Of a stretch of 64,000 nt of DNA, positions 1 to 12,730 are shown piece by piece. Every line of letters starts with the position of its first letter. Position 1 is the stretch's first letter. The notes under the pieces were generated by a model. The model did not search any database. It was not told the DNA's origin and was given only the letters and a program-made list of their open reading frames with translations. This DNA comes from Felis catus (lineage: Eukaryota). The DNA lies in the NCBI RefSeq assembly GCF_018350175.1, contig NC_058369.1, positions 28,398,001 through 28,462,000 on the forward strand. The letters are read 5' to 3'. Position numbers and translations under genes: made by a program.

Positions 1-394
1 GGGAGACAAACAAGCTTATATTCTCTCCCTGCCTCTCAGTCTCCTTAAATGTTTATATGAGGGTTTTATACATGGATGGAGATAACCTTAATATAGTATT
101 TATATTAATCTATCCAAGGACAAATTACAAATGGCTAAATTTGACTACAATGGAATTTTCTTGGTTATTTTTAATTGGACTCAAATCACCTCTCTGGGCT
201 CTAGAAGTTTCTCCCAGACCCCTGGAGATGTCAGGTGTCACTAATCAGAGTTAGCCCATCTTGTAGTCAGTGCTGCCCAATGTTCTGCCCACAAAGTAGC
301 AATTAGAGTGAAGTCTTGTCTGGAAATGTCAATTACTGCTCTTTGTCTTCCTGTTGAAAGTCTCCTTAATTTAAGAATGCTATATCATTTTTAC

Positions 395-525
395 CCCATC
401 AAATTAGAAAATATTTAAAATAACACTCATAGCTGGCAAGAGTGTAGGGAAAGGAGCATGCCCAAAGATGCTGGTGAAAATGTAAAATGGAACAACTTAT
501 ATGGAAAATGATCTAACAACATATA
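395..525 (+). mobile_element. Old LINE-1 fragment (ORF2 3' region)
   Basis: 'gctggcaagagtgtagggaaa...gctggtgaaaatgtaaaatggaacaac' resembles the L1 ORF2 3' region; highly diverged. Confidence 0.55.
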
Positions 526-1738
526 TTGTGACATTTTTGTCCCACTATATTTACTGATATTATTTGGGGAACATCGTTCCATATCTCTAAACAGTCTTAA
601 AACCAGAGTTTTTAAGACCTGTATAGCATTTTGCTATGTAAATATACTATAATATACTATAGTATTTCATTGTTTCCACACGTGTCAACATTTTAGTTTT
701 CAATTTTGGTTATTATAAACAATGCTAGAGAGAACATCTTTATAAGTATATTTTTCAATTGCATTCTGTTTTTGCCTTAGGATAGATTCTTAGAAATAGA
801 AATACAGCTGTTAGCAAGTTTACCTTCAAGTATAATTTTGTCCTAGCAACTACAGAACTGCAATTAGCAAACCTGTTCCTAAACTAGAATTCCAGTTGAT
901 CGTTATTTACAGGGAGGAAAATACATGGTGATAAAAGTGACCCTGCTTATTTAGACAGCCTTGAGAATGGGTAATTCCTCCAAGGAAACCAAATCAGACA
1001 ACATGTATGAATGAGTAACCATTAACTCAAAAAGGACAAATCAGGTCCTACAAAAGGACATTCATTTCAATCAAAGGCACAGACTGCCAAGTTAACTGCC
1101 GTCTGTCCTAGAGCAAAGATCCCTTTCCCAATTCCTTAGTATGTAAGATCTCTCTCTCTGAACACATTCTTACTATCATTGGTTTGCATTAATTTCCCTC
1201 TTTTGAAGACTAATAAACAGCCCAAGTTCATAAAACTGAAAAGTCAGAATGTGGTGAAACATTTTTTTGGTGGCCAAACCTGCCCTGCCTGATGGCATAA
1301 GGGTAGGGGTGGAGGACATTGTCAGCTAGAAGCTGTTCTAAAGGAAGATATGACTGACCCTTAAATTAAAAATCCAGCTTTCAGAAGCCAGTAAATAATA
1401 ACATACCACTTTTCAACTTATCGTACTGGAAAATATGATAACATTCATGGTTGGCAAGGGAACAGTATTTCCCAAAGCGTATCCCTTGGAAAAATATTTT
1501 CATGATCAAATGAGTTGAGGAAAGACTGAGAACTGAAGAAAGTTCAAGTTGAACATTTAATGTGCTGTTACAAACTGTGCATCTCCAAAGGGACTAGAGC
1601 AAGCAACATTTCTAAACTTATTTAACTACCAAATTCTTCTTGCTTTATGTTGCCTTTTGTTTTTGGCTGCTGGGTTTCTGTCGAGTCTCCCCGGGGACAG
1701 CATTCTTTGGAACATCTTTAGTAAAGGTTTCCCCAAGC

Positions 1739-2175
1739 CGTCAGTTCTCAAACATTTTAGTCTCAAGATTCATTCACACTCTTAAAAATTATTAAAGGCC
1801 CCAAAAAGCTTTTGTGTATGTAGGTCCTATCTACAGATATTTACCGTATTAGAAATTAAAACAAAACTTTTAAAAAACCCTACTAATTTATTTTAAAATA
1901 ACAATAATAAATCTATTACATATACACATATATGATATATTTTCTAAAACAAACAAATGAAAGGAACTAGTGGGAAGAGTGGCATTGTTTCAGAGTATTG
2001 AAAGTCTTTTTAATGTTTGGCTTAATAGAAGACCAGTAGATTCTTATATCTGCTGCTGTATTGTGTTGTGATACACTATTTGGTTGAAGTAGGTCAAAAT
2101 CCAGGGGTATTTTAATAGTCTTTTCAAAGAACTATGTATATTTTTCTTGCATCCTGCATCAAGATGTGACAAATG
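1739..2175. mobile_element. hAT-Charlie1 (Charlie1a-like) DNA transposon, left part
   Basis: Starts 'cagttctcaaacattttagtctcaagattcattcacactcttaaaaattatt...gatatttaccgtattagaaattaaaac', matching the recalled Charlie1 terminus; stops abruptly at the L1 5' end. Confidence 0.8.
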
Positions 2176-4667
2176 GGAGTGACTTCACCAAGATGGCAAA
2201 AGAGGTTATTTCTGACTTCCCTTCCCCTCATTAGGAAAACAACTAACATCTATTCAAGAATATGATACCCCTCAAAGAATCTTAGGACCCAGGTGGGGCA
2301 GAAGCCCACCCTGCACCACAAAGACAAAGACAGAGAGTATTCGAAGAACAAAAAGAGAAGCTACCTGTTACTTGCATTGCCCTTCCCCCTGGCCAGCATA
2401 GCACCATGGCTAGAGAGGTCTCCCCTGAGCCTCCAGTTTCTCCAGAGTGAAAAGACAACACAGGGAAGACAGCCAGCTCCACGCCCTCCTCAGCACTGTG
2501 GGTACTTTGTGGGAAACTCCTACTCTGATTTCACCCTGTGGAAAGAGCAGAGGCATCTGCAGGGTCCAACCACTGGGAATCTGACTGTGACAGATAAAGG
2601 AGAGGGGTTTGCAACAGCCAGCACATGAATCTTGGCAGATAGAGTTCACGCCTGCAGTGTCCAAGCCGTAATCCCACGGGAAGCTTTCCTCATCTGCATA
2701 ACCAAATTGGGTGTGCCTTCTGACCGGGGAAACTCAGTGGGGAGCAGATCTGCCTGATTTGGATCCTCAAAAAAGTTTTGCCAGCCCTGGAGCCCAGTTC
2801 ACCTTGCAAGGTGCTGAGTCACGGCTCCACCCTCTGCTGAGAGTGCCTTTTGGCCCCATCTGACCAGAAGCACTGGTGACAACTCCTGGAAGCTGGGTGG
2901 TTTAGCAGTGCTGGGGCCAAGAGGTGGGAAAACAGAGATCATCCCCAGAGAAAAGTCTCTACTAGGCAGGGAGGTTTCCCATACTATGCACGGACAGGAG
3001 GATTAAATTATAACTAAGATTGAGGGTAGCTCCCAGCTCCTCCAAAGTGGGGAACCTGTTTGGGAAACTGAAAGCAGTTTACTATGTCAGCCCCCCTCTC
3101 TCTCTCCCGCGATGGCTGAAACATAGCCCCACCCACTGTGGAGACTGTGAAGAGTGTCTTCCAGTTTCATTGAAAGCTGTGGAGCTCAGTAGTACTGGCT
3201 CCAAGAGAAGAGGAGACAGAGCCCATAGTTTGCAGTACAAAGCCAGTTCTGTTTGGCCAGAAACGAGGGGTGCTGGTTGGTTTGAGTTAAGACAACAAAG
3301 AACTTGACTAGTTTTAGAGTTGCTTCTCCCACTGTGCCTGGGCAGGGAATATAATTCACAACCTTACAATAGAGTCTTCTGCCTGTGCAACCAGGGAACC
3401 TAACCAGACCCAACAGGAAGCTGTGTAGCCCACTCAACAGCACTATCTAAGCACTTGAACAGAGAGCACAACCTATGGCTTCCCCCATCTGCAGAGCAAA
3501 GCTGGTGGCCTCCTTGACCAGGGAATTCAGTATACACTCAGGCCTGACAAAAGCACTAAAATACTTAGACATAAGTTTAACTAAAGAGGGGAAAGATCTT
3601 TATTCTGAAAACTTTAAGACATTAACAAAACATTCAAAAAAGGCACAAATATATAGAAAAGTATTCCATGTTCATGCACTGAAAAAATTAGTATTGTTAA
3701 AATGTCAGTAGGAACAAAAGTCACCTATGGATACAATGCGATCTCTATCAAGATTTCAATGGCCTTTTTTTTAGAAGTTAAAAAAAAAAACTCTTAAAAT
3801 TTATATGGAACCACAAAAGACCCCTAAAAGCCAAAATCCTGAGAAAGAAGAACAAAATAGGAGGCATCACACTTCCTGATTTCAAGCTATACTATAAAGC
3901 CATAGTCATCAAAATAATATGATACTGTCACAAAAACAAATAGACCAATGAAACAGAATCAAGAGCCCAGAAATAAACCTGAGTATACATAGTCAACTAA
4001 TATTTAACAAGAGAGCCAAGCATACTCAATGAAGAAAAGATAGTCTCTTCAATAAATGGTACTGGGATAATTGAGTATGTACATGTAGAATAGAACTGGA
4101 CCCTTTTAGTTTACATTAAACCAAAAAGCTTCCATCCAAAGAAGAAACAATCAGCACAATGAAAAGACAACCTATAGAAAGGGAAAAATATATGTAAACC
4201 ATATCTGATAAGGGACTAATACCCAAAACATATAAAGAACTCATACAACTCAATAGCAAGAAGAAGGAGAAGGAGGAGAAGAACAATAACAAATTAAAAA
4301 TGGACAAAGAACCTGAATAAACACTTTTTTTTTCTAGAGAAGATATACAAACAGCCAACAGGTACATGAAAAGATGGAAAAGATGTTTAACATCACTAGT
4401 CATTAGGAAAATGCAAATTAAAACCACAATGAGATATTACCTACACCTGTTAGAATGGCCATCAACAAAAAGACAAGAGATAACAAATGCTGGTGTGGAT
4501 GTGGAGGAAAGAGAGCCCTAGTGCAGTGTTGGTGGGATTATAAGTTGGTACAGTTACTATAGAAAACAGTATGGACAATCTTCAAAAAATTTAAGATAGA
4601 ACTATCATGTGATCTAGCAATTACACTTCTGGGAATATATCCAAAGACATCAAAAACACTCATTCAA

Positions 4668-4886
4668 GGGGCGCCTGGGTGGCGCAGTCGGTTAAGCATC
4701 CGACTTCAGCCAGGTCACGATCTCACGGTCCATGAGTTCGAGCCCCGCGTCAGGCTCTGGGCTGATGGCTCAGAGCCTGGAGCCTGTTTCCGATTCTTTG
4801 TCTCCCTCTCTCTCTGCCCCTCCCCCGTTCATGCTCTGTCTCTCTCTGTCCCAAAAATAAATAAACGTTGAAAAACAAATTAAAAA
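4668..4886 (+). mobile_element. Young feline CanSINE inserted in L1
   Basis: ggggcgcctgggtggcgcagtcggttaag head, CT tract, A tail; perfect TSD AAAAACACTCATTCAA (4652-4667 / 4887-4902). Confidence 0.97.
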
Positions 4887-5008
4887 AAAAACACTCATTC
4901 AAAAAGATATCTGCACCTGCATGTTCATAGCAGCATTATTTACAATAGCCAAGACATGGAAACAACCTAGATGTCTATCAGTGGATGAACAGATAAAGAA
5001 GTTATAAA

Positions 5009-5039
<31 letters not shown>

Positions 5040-5090
5040 CACACACACACAAATACACACACACACACACACACACACACCCCACACACA
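5009..5090 (+). repeat. (GATA)n-(CA)n compound microsatellite
   Basis: Direct reading. Confidence 0.95.
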
Positions 5091-6169
5091 TATGCAATGG
5101 GATATTATTCAGCCATTAAAAATGAAGAAATTTTATTATTTGTGACAATATAGATGGATCCTGAAGGTATTATGCTAAGAGAAATAAGTCAGACAGAAGA
5201 CAAATACTGTATGATCTCACTTATATGTGGAATCTAAAAAACAAAAAGAAAAGAAAAGAGAGAGAGATCAAACTTGTAGTTAACAGAGGCAGGGGATAGG
5301 GAGAGGGGGTACTGGAGGAAAGTAGTCAAAAGGTACAAACCACCGGTTATAAGGTAAATAAATACTAGGGATATAATGTACAATATGATGATTATAACAC
5401 TACTGTATGATGCACAGGAAGGATGTTAAGAAGGTAAATCCTAAGACTTCTCATCATAAGGAGAAAATGGATGCTAGCTGAACCTGTTGTAATCATTTCA
5501 TAATATATGTAAATCAAATTATCATGTTGTACATCATAAACTTATACAGTCATGTATGTCAGTTATTTCTCAATAAATCTGAAAAAAAATGTTGAGCGTG
5601 TTGGTGGGGGGGACCTTCCTGTGTCTGCCAATATCTTTTAAGGAAAAGTTATTTTATTCAACATCATGAATAGATGTTATCCATGCCTTTGCTAATATTT
5701 TTCTGTATAGCTAGACTAGAAAAGTCAGTAACTCAGATCCAAGTATACTAAAGAAGTAGCAAAAATTCATATGACAGCCCAGTAAATGAATAAGAGAACA
5801 AAACCATGGAGCATTAGAGCTAAAAAACAATATAAGTAGAGATCCTATAATGTGGAATTGGAGGACAAACAGAGATTTTTAAAAGGAGAAAGAAATATAA
5901 GCAACACATTGAAAAAAACTCTTGAAACACCAAATGTGATCTAAAGACAGCATATTAACTGGAATTATATCCAACTGAACATTGAAGAAACAGTGTCTTT
6001 GTCTTTTATTTTCTGTGAATTTGAAAGATTCACTGAGATGGATAGTAGGATGATTCCAGGGATTTTAATTGATATGGCTCCTGCAGGTTTAAAAGCACAC
6101 ATATTGATCCCTCTGTAAGAGTGCCCGTGCCAGGACCTGCCAGGGTGCCTAAGAAGAAAACATCTCACA

Positions 6170-6340
6170 GGGCGCCTGGGTGGCTCAGTTGGTTAAACAT
6201 CCAACTCGGTTTCGGCTCAGGTCATGATCTCACAGCTCGTGAGTTTGAGCCTCACACCAGGCTCTGTGCTGACAGCATGGAGCCTGCTTGGGATTCTCTC
6301 TCTCTCCCTCTCTCTGTCCCTCCCCTGCTGGAGCACTCTT

Positions 6341-6380
<40 letters not shown>

Positions 6381-6410
6381 AAAATAAATAAGTAAACAAA
6401 ACAAAAAAGG
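6170..6410 (+). mobile_element. CanSINE
   Basis: Canonical head, CT tract and tail; TSD GAAAACATCTC. Confidence 0.95.
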
Positions 6411-6718
6411 GGAAAACATCTCTAATAAAATATCTCAACATTGTGGAGAAAACTAGAGATGTTTTTAGTTCATGATCCTTTGAAAATTCAAAATCCAAAA
6501 AAAAAAAAAAGAAGAAGAAGAACTATTCTCCTCTTCCATCCTTGTCTCATCTCTCATCAAACAGTTTGATTTTTGTTTGCTGAGAGGAAAGTAGCTACCT
6601 TAAACTAAATGTCAATGAAAATGAAAGCAGTATTTACCCCAGCATAGTGCAGTTATATTGATTGTATAATGGGTTGAGACTTTGGGGACGTGGGAATCTT
6701 GAAGACCAGAGGGTAAAT

Positions 6719-6795
6719 TGTGCTAGGCAGAATAATGCTCCACTCCAAGATGTCCATGTCCTAATCCCTAGAAACCGTGAATAGGTTACATGGCC
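6719..6795 (+). mobile_element. MaLR LTR 5' fragment (MLT1D-like)
   Basis: 'tgtgctaggcagaataatg...aagatgtccatgtcctaatccctagaaaccgtgaataggttac'. Confidence 0.7.
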
Positions 6796-6935
6796 TGATG
6801 ATTTCTTACTAGAGGTTGGACAAAAGAGTTTTACAACAAGAGAAATCTCATTCACTTTCTTAAGACTCTGAATTTCATCTCAAATTCCCAGGTACTTCCT
6901 TCCTCAATTCGTTCCTATTTATGATTACAATCTCC

Positions 6936-7159
6936 TTTTTTTTAAGTTTATTTATTTTGAGAGAAAGAGAGAGAGCATATGCACGTATGTGTGAGCAGGA
7001 GAGGGGCAGAAGGAGAGGGAGAGAGAGAGAATCCTAAGTAGGCTTTGAGCTGTCAGGGCAGAGCCTGACAGAGGTCTCAATCTCACAAACCATGAGATCA
7101 TGACCTGAACCGAGATCAAGAGTCAGATGCTTAACTGACTGAGCCACCCAAGCACCCCT
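6936..7159 (-). mobile_element. CanSINE
   Basis: Reverse-complement SINE; TSD ATGATTACA(A/G)TCTC. Confidence 0.95.
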
Positions 7160-7242
7160 CATGATTACAGTCTCTTGAAGGTTTTGGTCAGCTTTAGCAT
7201 GGTGTCCCCTGAAAGGGAGAGCTCTGAGGCTCTGGACTATAT

Positions 7243-7385
7243 TCTAGATCCTTCCTGCCTGAAATGTGCCTCCTGGATCAGCAACATTAACTTACCCTTG
7301 TTGGTTGGAAATGAAGAATCTCAGGCCTTAACACAAACTAATGTACCAGATTCATTTGCATGCTGAAGTTTGAAAACACTGCTTT
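7243..7385. mobile_element. MER5A-like hAT MITE
   Basis: 'gaatctcaggcc...gctgaagtttgaaaacactgc' MER5 end. Confidence 0.6.
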
Positions 7386-7440
7386 AGGCAGTATTTCCTG
7401 GGCCACAGATATCTCATAAGATTGTCCACAGTTCCTTGAC

Positions 7441-7572
7441 TAATGGTGTCAATGCTAACTGTAATTGTGGTGGTGGTGGACGTTGTCATTGTGATTATGA
7501 TAATGATGGTTGTAATGGTGGTGTATGCGGTAGGGGTGGTTGTGATAGTGTGGACAGTTTTGGTGGTAATTA
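7441..7572 (+). repeat. Degenerate (TGG/TGA/TAA)n low-complexity tract
   Basis: Direct reading. Confidence 0.85.
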
Positions 7573-7944
7573 TGTAGGGCAAATGTCTACAGTCAGAAAG
7601 TGTTTTCTCCAATATGGCAGACATCCACTGACCTTGCCTACCTTTTTAAACTTAGCACCTAGCACAATCCTTGGCCTATAGAATGAAGTTAATAAATATT
7701 TGTTAAGTGAAAAGAAAGTTAAGAAAAGGACCTATATGTACAATCAGCCACAAAATTCTGGAAACCACATTCTTCCTCTACTCCTCTAAGACAAATTTTT
7801 TTTTTTAATATTCTACATAAATCCACCCAACCATCTGTCCACGCATCACTCATCCACTCAGTCATCTATCTATGGACTTCATTCATTCATGTACTCAATA
7901 AGCATTTATTTGAGAATTTACTGTGGTGTTAGATTCTGGGGACT

Positions 7945-8990
7945 TAACGTCACTCCTCATACAAATCAAAACCACACCGACATACCATCTCACGCTGGTC
8001 AGAGCAGCTAAAATGAACAAACCAGGAGACTACAGGTGCTGGTGAGGATGTGGAAAACTGGGAACCCTCTTGCACTGTTGGTGGGAATGCAAACTGGTGC
8101 AGCTGCTCTGGAAAACAGTGTGGATGCTCCTCAAAAAATTAAAAATAGATCTACCCTATGACCCAGCAATAGCACTGCTAGGAATTTACCCAAGGGATAC
8201 AGGAGTGCTGATTCATAGGGGCACATGTACCCCAATGTTTCCAGCAGGACTTTCAACAATCGCCAAATTATGGAAAGAGCCTAAATGTCCATCAAGGGAC
8301 GAATGGATAAACAAAATGCGGTTTATATATACAATGTAATACTACTTGGCAATGAGAAAGAATGAAATCTGGCCATTTGCAACAACATGGATGGAACTGG
8401 AGGGTATTTTGCTAAGTGAAACAAGTCAGGCAGAGAAAGTCAGGCAGATACCATATGTTTTCACTCATATGTGGATCCTGAGAAGCTTAACAGAAGACCA
8501 TGGGGTTGGGGCGCCTGGGTGGCGCAGTCGGTTAAGCGTCCGACTTCAGCCAGGTCACGATCTCGCGGTCCGTGAGTTTGAGCCCCGCGTCAGGCTCTGG
8601 GCTGATGGCTGATGGCTGATGGCTGATGGCTGATGGCTGATGGCTGGGAGCCTGGAGCCTGTTTCCGATTCTGTGTCTCCCTCTCTCTCTGCCCCTCCCC
8701 CGTTCATGCTCTGTCTCTCTCTGTCCCAAAAATAAAATAAAAAACGTTGAAAAAAAAAAAAAAAAGACCATGGGGGAGGGGAAGGGGGAGAAAAAAGTTA
8801 CAGAGAGGGAGGAAGGCAAACTGTAAGGGACTCTTAAACACTGAGAACAAACTGAGGGTTGATGGGGAGTAAGGGGGTGAGGGAGAAGGGAATGTGGGTG
8901 ATGGGCATTGAGGAGGGCACCTGTTGGGATGAGCACTGGGTGTTGTATGGAAACCATTTGAAAATAAATTATATTTAATATAAAACAAAT
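7945..8990 (+). mobile_element. 5'-truncated, relatively young feline LINE-1 (ORF2 C-terminus plus 3' UTR) inserted in an L2 remnant
   Basis: ORF 8070-8339 '[17 protein letters not shown]...[15 protein letters not shown]' is the L1 ORF2 C-terminal region; G-rich 3' UTR and AATAAA/A-rich end. Confidence 0.93.
8508..8765 (+). mobile_element. Young feline CanSINE with internal (GGCTGAT)6 expansion
   Basis: CpG-intact head; TSD AAGACCATGGGG; pure A tail. Confidence 0.97.
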
Positions 8991-9434
8991 GATGAAAAAT
9001 ACACAATTCTGCCTCAAGGAATCCAAAGTCTTGGAAAGAAATACTGACAATGATAATGAAGTGTAAAGATTCAGAGATATATAGGGAAGGGCAGTATAGA
9101 GTTACTGAGGAGAAGATAATCAAAACCTGGATTTAGGGGCTGGGAGTAAAAGATTTGAAGGGTAAATAGACTTTACTAAAAATAGGAGAGACAATGGCAT
9201 TCTAGGGAGATGGGAAATCCTGAGTTATTTTTATGTGTTTGGATAGCTTTTGACATTCTGAGCCTTATAATGTCTATCAAGTTTGGGGTAAGAAATAAGG
9301 AATATGACAAATGGAGTTGGCCTAAGAGGAAACAATTACAATTGTTCTCTGTCTCTAGGTTTCTAAGAACTAAGAGAAATTTTCCATCCCTCTGTTCCTT
9401 CCAAAAATCTCCAGGAATGTGCTCATTGTATTTA

Positions 9435-9949
9435 TGAAAACTGAGGTCTCCCATGCCAACATGACTTCAACATGCGTTCCAAGAAATTCTTGCCCAGGAA
9501 GACAAGGATGTAACCAATAATTAAGTTCACTGTGTGTTGCAGGAATTCCTGAAAAGCAATTTATATGAGCAAATACTTTCCTCCTCTGGGTAAACAGCCC
9601 ATGCATAGGGCACTAGATAGCCCACTTGCTCAAATACCTTACTGAACAAAAAACTATGTAGGTATCAAGACTCATTTCAAGACCCTCACTTCACTGTGTC
9701 CACCAACCCTAAAATATTGCATCATGAATTTAGCCCAATCCCAGTCAGAGCATCACACTGAAAGATCTGTCTTAAACCATGTAAACCCAGATCCAAAAAT
9801 GCTAGAAACGTCTCCTCCATACCCAAGCTTTCTGAGACATTACTGAATAAAGGTGTTCTCCCTTACTGCAGCAGGTTTAACAAACTTAGCTTTGCTTGAT
9901 AAACAGGTGATTTGGTAGGACTTGGGGAGAAGTCTTGGGACAGCTAACA
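9435..9949 (+). mobile_element. ERV1-class solo LTR (subfamily uncertain)
   Basis: TG...CA ends with 4-bp TSD TTTA (9431-9434 / 9950-9953); LTR-like 3' part 'cccttactgcagcaggtttaacaaacttagctttgcttgat'. Confidence 0.7.
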
Positions 9950-10514
9950 TTTAAAGCGTCTGAGAATAAAGTAATAGAAAGAAAGGAAATTCTAAGCTTA
10001 TCCTGTGCGTCTTTTGTACTTAGTTGGAATAGAGTTGGGAGTGGCCAAATCATTTCTTGATTTTGTAGATTAAACCTCCTTAAAGGAGGATAATATAAAT
10101 AGAGATACTAATGGTTGTCACAGGAAATAAAGATGCTTGAAATATTTATAACAGAATGCCTAACAGCAAATAATTGAAAGTACGTCTTGGAAAATATGTT
10201 CACAGTGCTTCTCCAAACATCATGTAGCTTCCGCCACTATTTACTTTCCAACTTTATTTGCAAAAGAGACAAGTTAATTATTTTTCTTTTCCATTCCCTG
10301 TTTTAAGCTGTGGCTTACACAATGTAATGAATATCTATTGTGAATATCGATGAAAAAAAATCTGAGAGGTTAAAAAGGATTAATCAAACCGTGTCAAAAT
10401 TTTTATTCAAAAAATTTATATTGTTAAACTTTGGGAAAAACAACCATTTCTATTTCTGGTCTGACTGAGAAACAAAGTACAATTTCCTTGGGTGCTGCTA
10501 AACATTTTTTTTTA

Positions 10515-11514
10515 AAAACTTGATAAATGTACTATCTTCAATAGTTGCAGGGTGGAATCTAAAACTGTATCAATAAACTTTTAGTGGTCTATTACATGAA
10601 CAACTATGGTCTGTGTTGTACTTTGCATGGACCCTTTCCCCATGCAAAATTTCATAGAAGTGTGCATCGCTCTGGTTGAAAATATTGGCTCACTGCATTC
10701 TGCGGATCCAAATGTTGATGCACTTGGGTGAAATGTTGACACATTTCATTATATGACATAAAAAAGAATCATATTTGTTAATACCACCATCAATTTCATC
10801 ATAAAAGTCTTTTAAGTATTGGAAAGCTGTCAAGTTCATGGTGGCAGATACAAGTTTTCCAAAATTCTAATTTTTGCTGGAAAGCTTGAGTTTTATCATT
10901 GGCAACAAATACTGTCCAATGGTGCACTTAAAGTCACAGGCTCAGTTTTTGCATTTTTGAGAAAATGTCGGTCAAATATTGAAGTCTTAATACCTGTATT
11001 TCATCTATCAGTTGTTCTTCCAAGTAAAAACTGATGTTTCATATAAAAACAGTTAGTTCAGCTTACAAATGAAAGAGTCCTTCAAGTGCTTTTTGTCAAA
11101 CAACAATGATACTTTAGCACACTGTGGCACTTCTTTTATGCATGCTTCCTACTTCTTTAAAAAAATGATGTATACTTGACAGTCGAAGCTTAAGTGAATT
11201 AATAAGTTTTACTGTTTCATCAAGGGTATTCTTAAGTGAAATTGGCTTTTTTTTTAAAAAACCATAAGTTATGATGGAAAGAATAAGAGACCAATAGTAG
11301 AGTTTGGTGCCATTGCCTTCATTCACGCTACAGTGCTAGATTCATGCTACAGTTTTAGCTACCATTGCTTTCGTACTATCAGTACAAATGTCAACACAGT
11401 TAGGAAGACAAATAACAACTTAGTTATATGATAATATAGGTATCACCTTGCAGACACCCTGAAGAAGTCTCAGGGCCCCCCAGGTGTCCATGAACCATAC
11501 TTTGAGAATTGCTA
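10515..11514. mobile_element. hAT-Charlie1 (Charlie1a-like) DNA transposon, right part with transposase remnant
   Basis: Minus-strand 'ISLKNTLDETVKLINSLK' (ORF 11114-11326) resembles Charlie/Buster transposase; ends 'accatactttgagaattgcta' followed by the hAT-type target TTCTAGAG. Confidence 0.85.
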
Positions 11515-12051
11515 TTCTAGAGTCTATTCTAGACTCAAAACCTGGGTCTGACAAAAAACAAAAAAGTTCTCAGCACCACTTTATAGCTCATCCCCTGGGC
11601 ATGTTAATTCATGAGTGTCAATTGGTAGATGTGCATTTGCCTGAGATGTTCACTATTCTGCCCTTAGTATTGAAAACCACTAGGTCTCCTCTAGGGACCA
11701 CATTCATGTATGCAGCGGCAATGCCACTTCCCTGGAGTCAAAGCTGAGGAGAACCTATTCAAGCTGCTCATATGCAAAGACTCTGTGCTTCTCTTGGCTC
11801 CAGATCAAGCAGCAGCATGAGAGGAATGCTGTGACGTAGCTACAGCAGACATGTACAAGAAGATATTTGGAAACTGTAGTCTGTCTGTAGGTTGGGCGTG
11901 CCCAAGTCTGCATGGCCACATGGAGTCTCTCTGGTAAGGAAGGTATGGCCAACCTAAATTTATCAGCCTGGACTTTATCTTAATGGGTAGCCTATGGCCT
12001 CATTTAATAGATTGTCCATAGAACCTATCTATTTTAAATCATGTTTCTAGA

Positions 12052-12730
12052 GCAGTGATTCTCAAAATCTGATCCTTGAATTCCTTGCATCAGAATCATG
12101 TAGAGTGCTTGTTAAAAATACACACTCCTGAGGTGTGCCTGGGTGGCTCAGTCAGCTAAGTGTCCGACTTTGACTCAGGTCATGATCTCATGGTTCATGA
12201 GTTCAAGCCCCGCATCAGGCTCTGTGCCGACAGCTCAGAGCCTGGAGCCTGCTTTGGATTCTGTGTCTCCCTCTCTCTCTGTTCCTCCCCTGCTTGTGCT
12301 CTGTCTCTCTCTCTCAAAAATAAACAAACATTAAAAAAAACTTTAAAAAAGTACACATTCTTGAAATCTACCATGGACTCACTAAAGTAGTACATCTGAG
12401 GGTTGAGGCAGGGTGACTCAAAAGCAGTGCAGGTTGTATACCGCACATCTTACACAAAGGTGTACAATTGTTGGAGGTTGTGGCTTGGAATTGCATTTTT
12501 AAAAGTCTGTGAGAATCTTGGCTCTAACAGAACTTGAAAGAATATTCTAGAGCAGTTCTCAAACTTTACTGTGCCTCAGAATTAAAAGTCTTAGGGCTAA
12601 AAATACAGATTTCTATATGCCATGCTAGACCTACCTAAGCAGAATCTTTTAGGTAGAAGCCTGGGCATATGTATTTTCAAAGAGCTTCATAGCCAGTTCT
12701 GATGCCTATCAAAATATGAAAACAGTTTCT
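12052..12730. mobile_element. Two adjacent MER5-family MITEs, the first interrupted by a SINE
   Basis: 'tagagcagtgattctcaaa...catcagaatca' and 'tagagcagttctcaaactttactgtgcctcagaatt' starts at TCTAGA-type target sites. Confidence 0.7.
12132..12350 (+). mobile_element. CanSINE
   Basis: Canonical body; diverged TSD aaaatacacactcctga / aaagtacacattcttga. Confidence 0.95.

Larger units (their letters stand above)
2176..5589 (+). mobile_element. LINE-1 with 5' UTR, large internal deletion (ORF1 and 5' ORF2 absent), degenerate 3' ORF2 and 3' UTR
   Basis: 5' 'ggagtgacttcaccaagatggc' L1 promoter start; GC-rich UTR to ~3550; 'LKYLDISLTKEGKDLYSENFKTL' (ORF 3475-3711) is an L1 ORF2 motif; ends AATAAA (5572) plus 8 A. 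Confidence 0.85.

Noticed and set aside
7352..7681. Thr-rich and Gly/Cys-rich ORFs
   Set aside because: Degenerate trinucleotide low-complexity tract
8532..9123. 172-aa and 139-aa minus-strand ORFs
   Set aside because: Antisense reading of the L1 3' UTR and SINE
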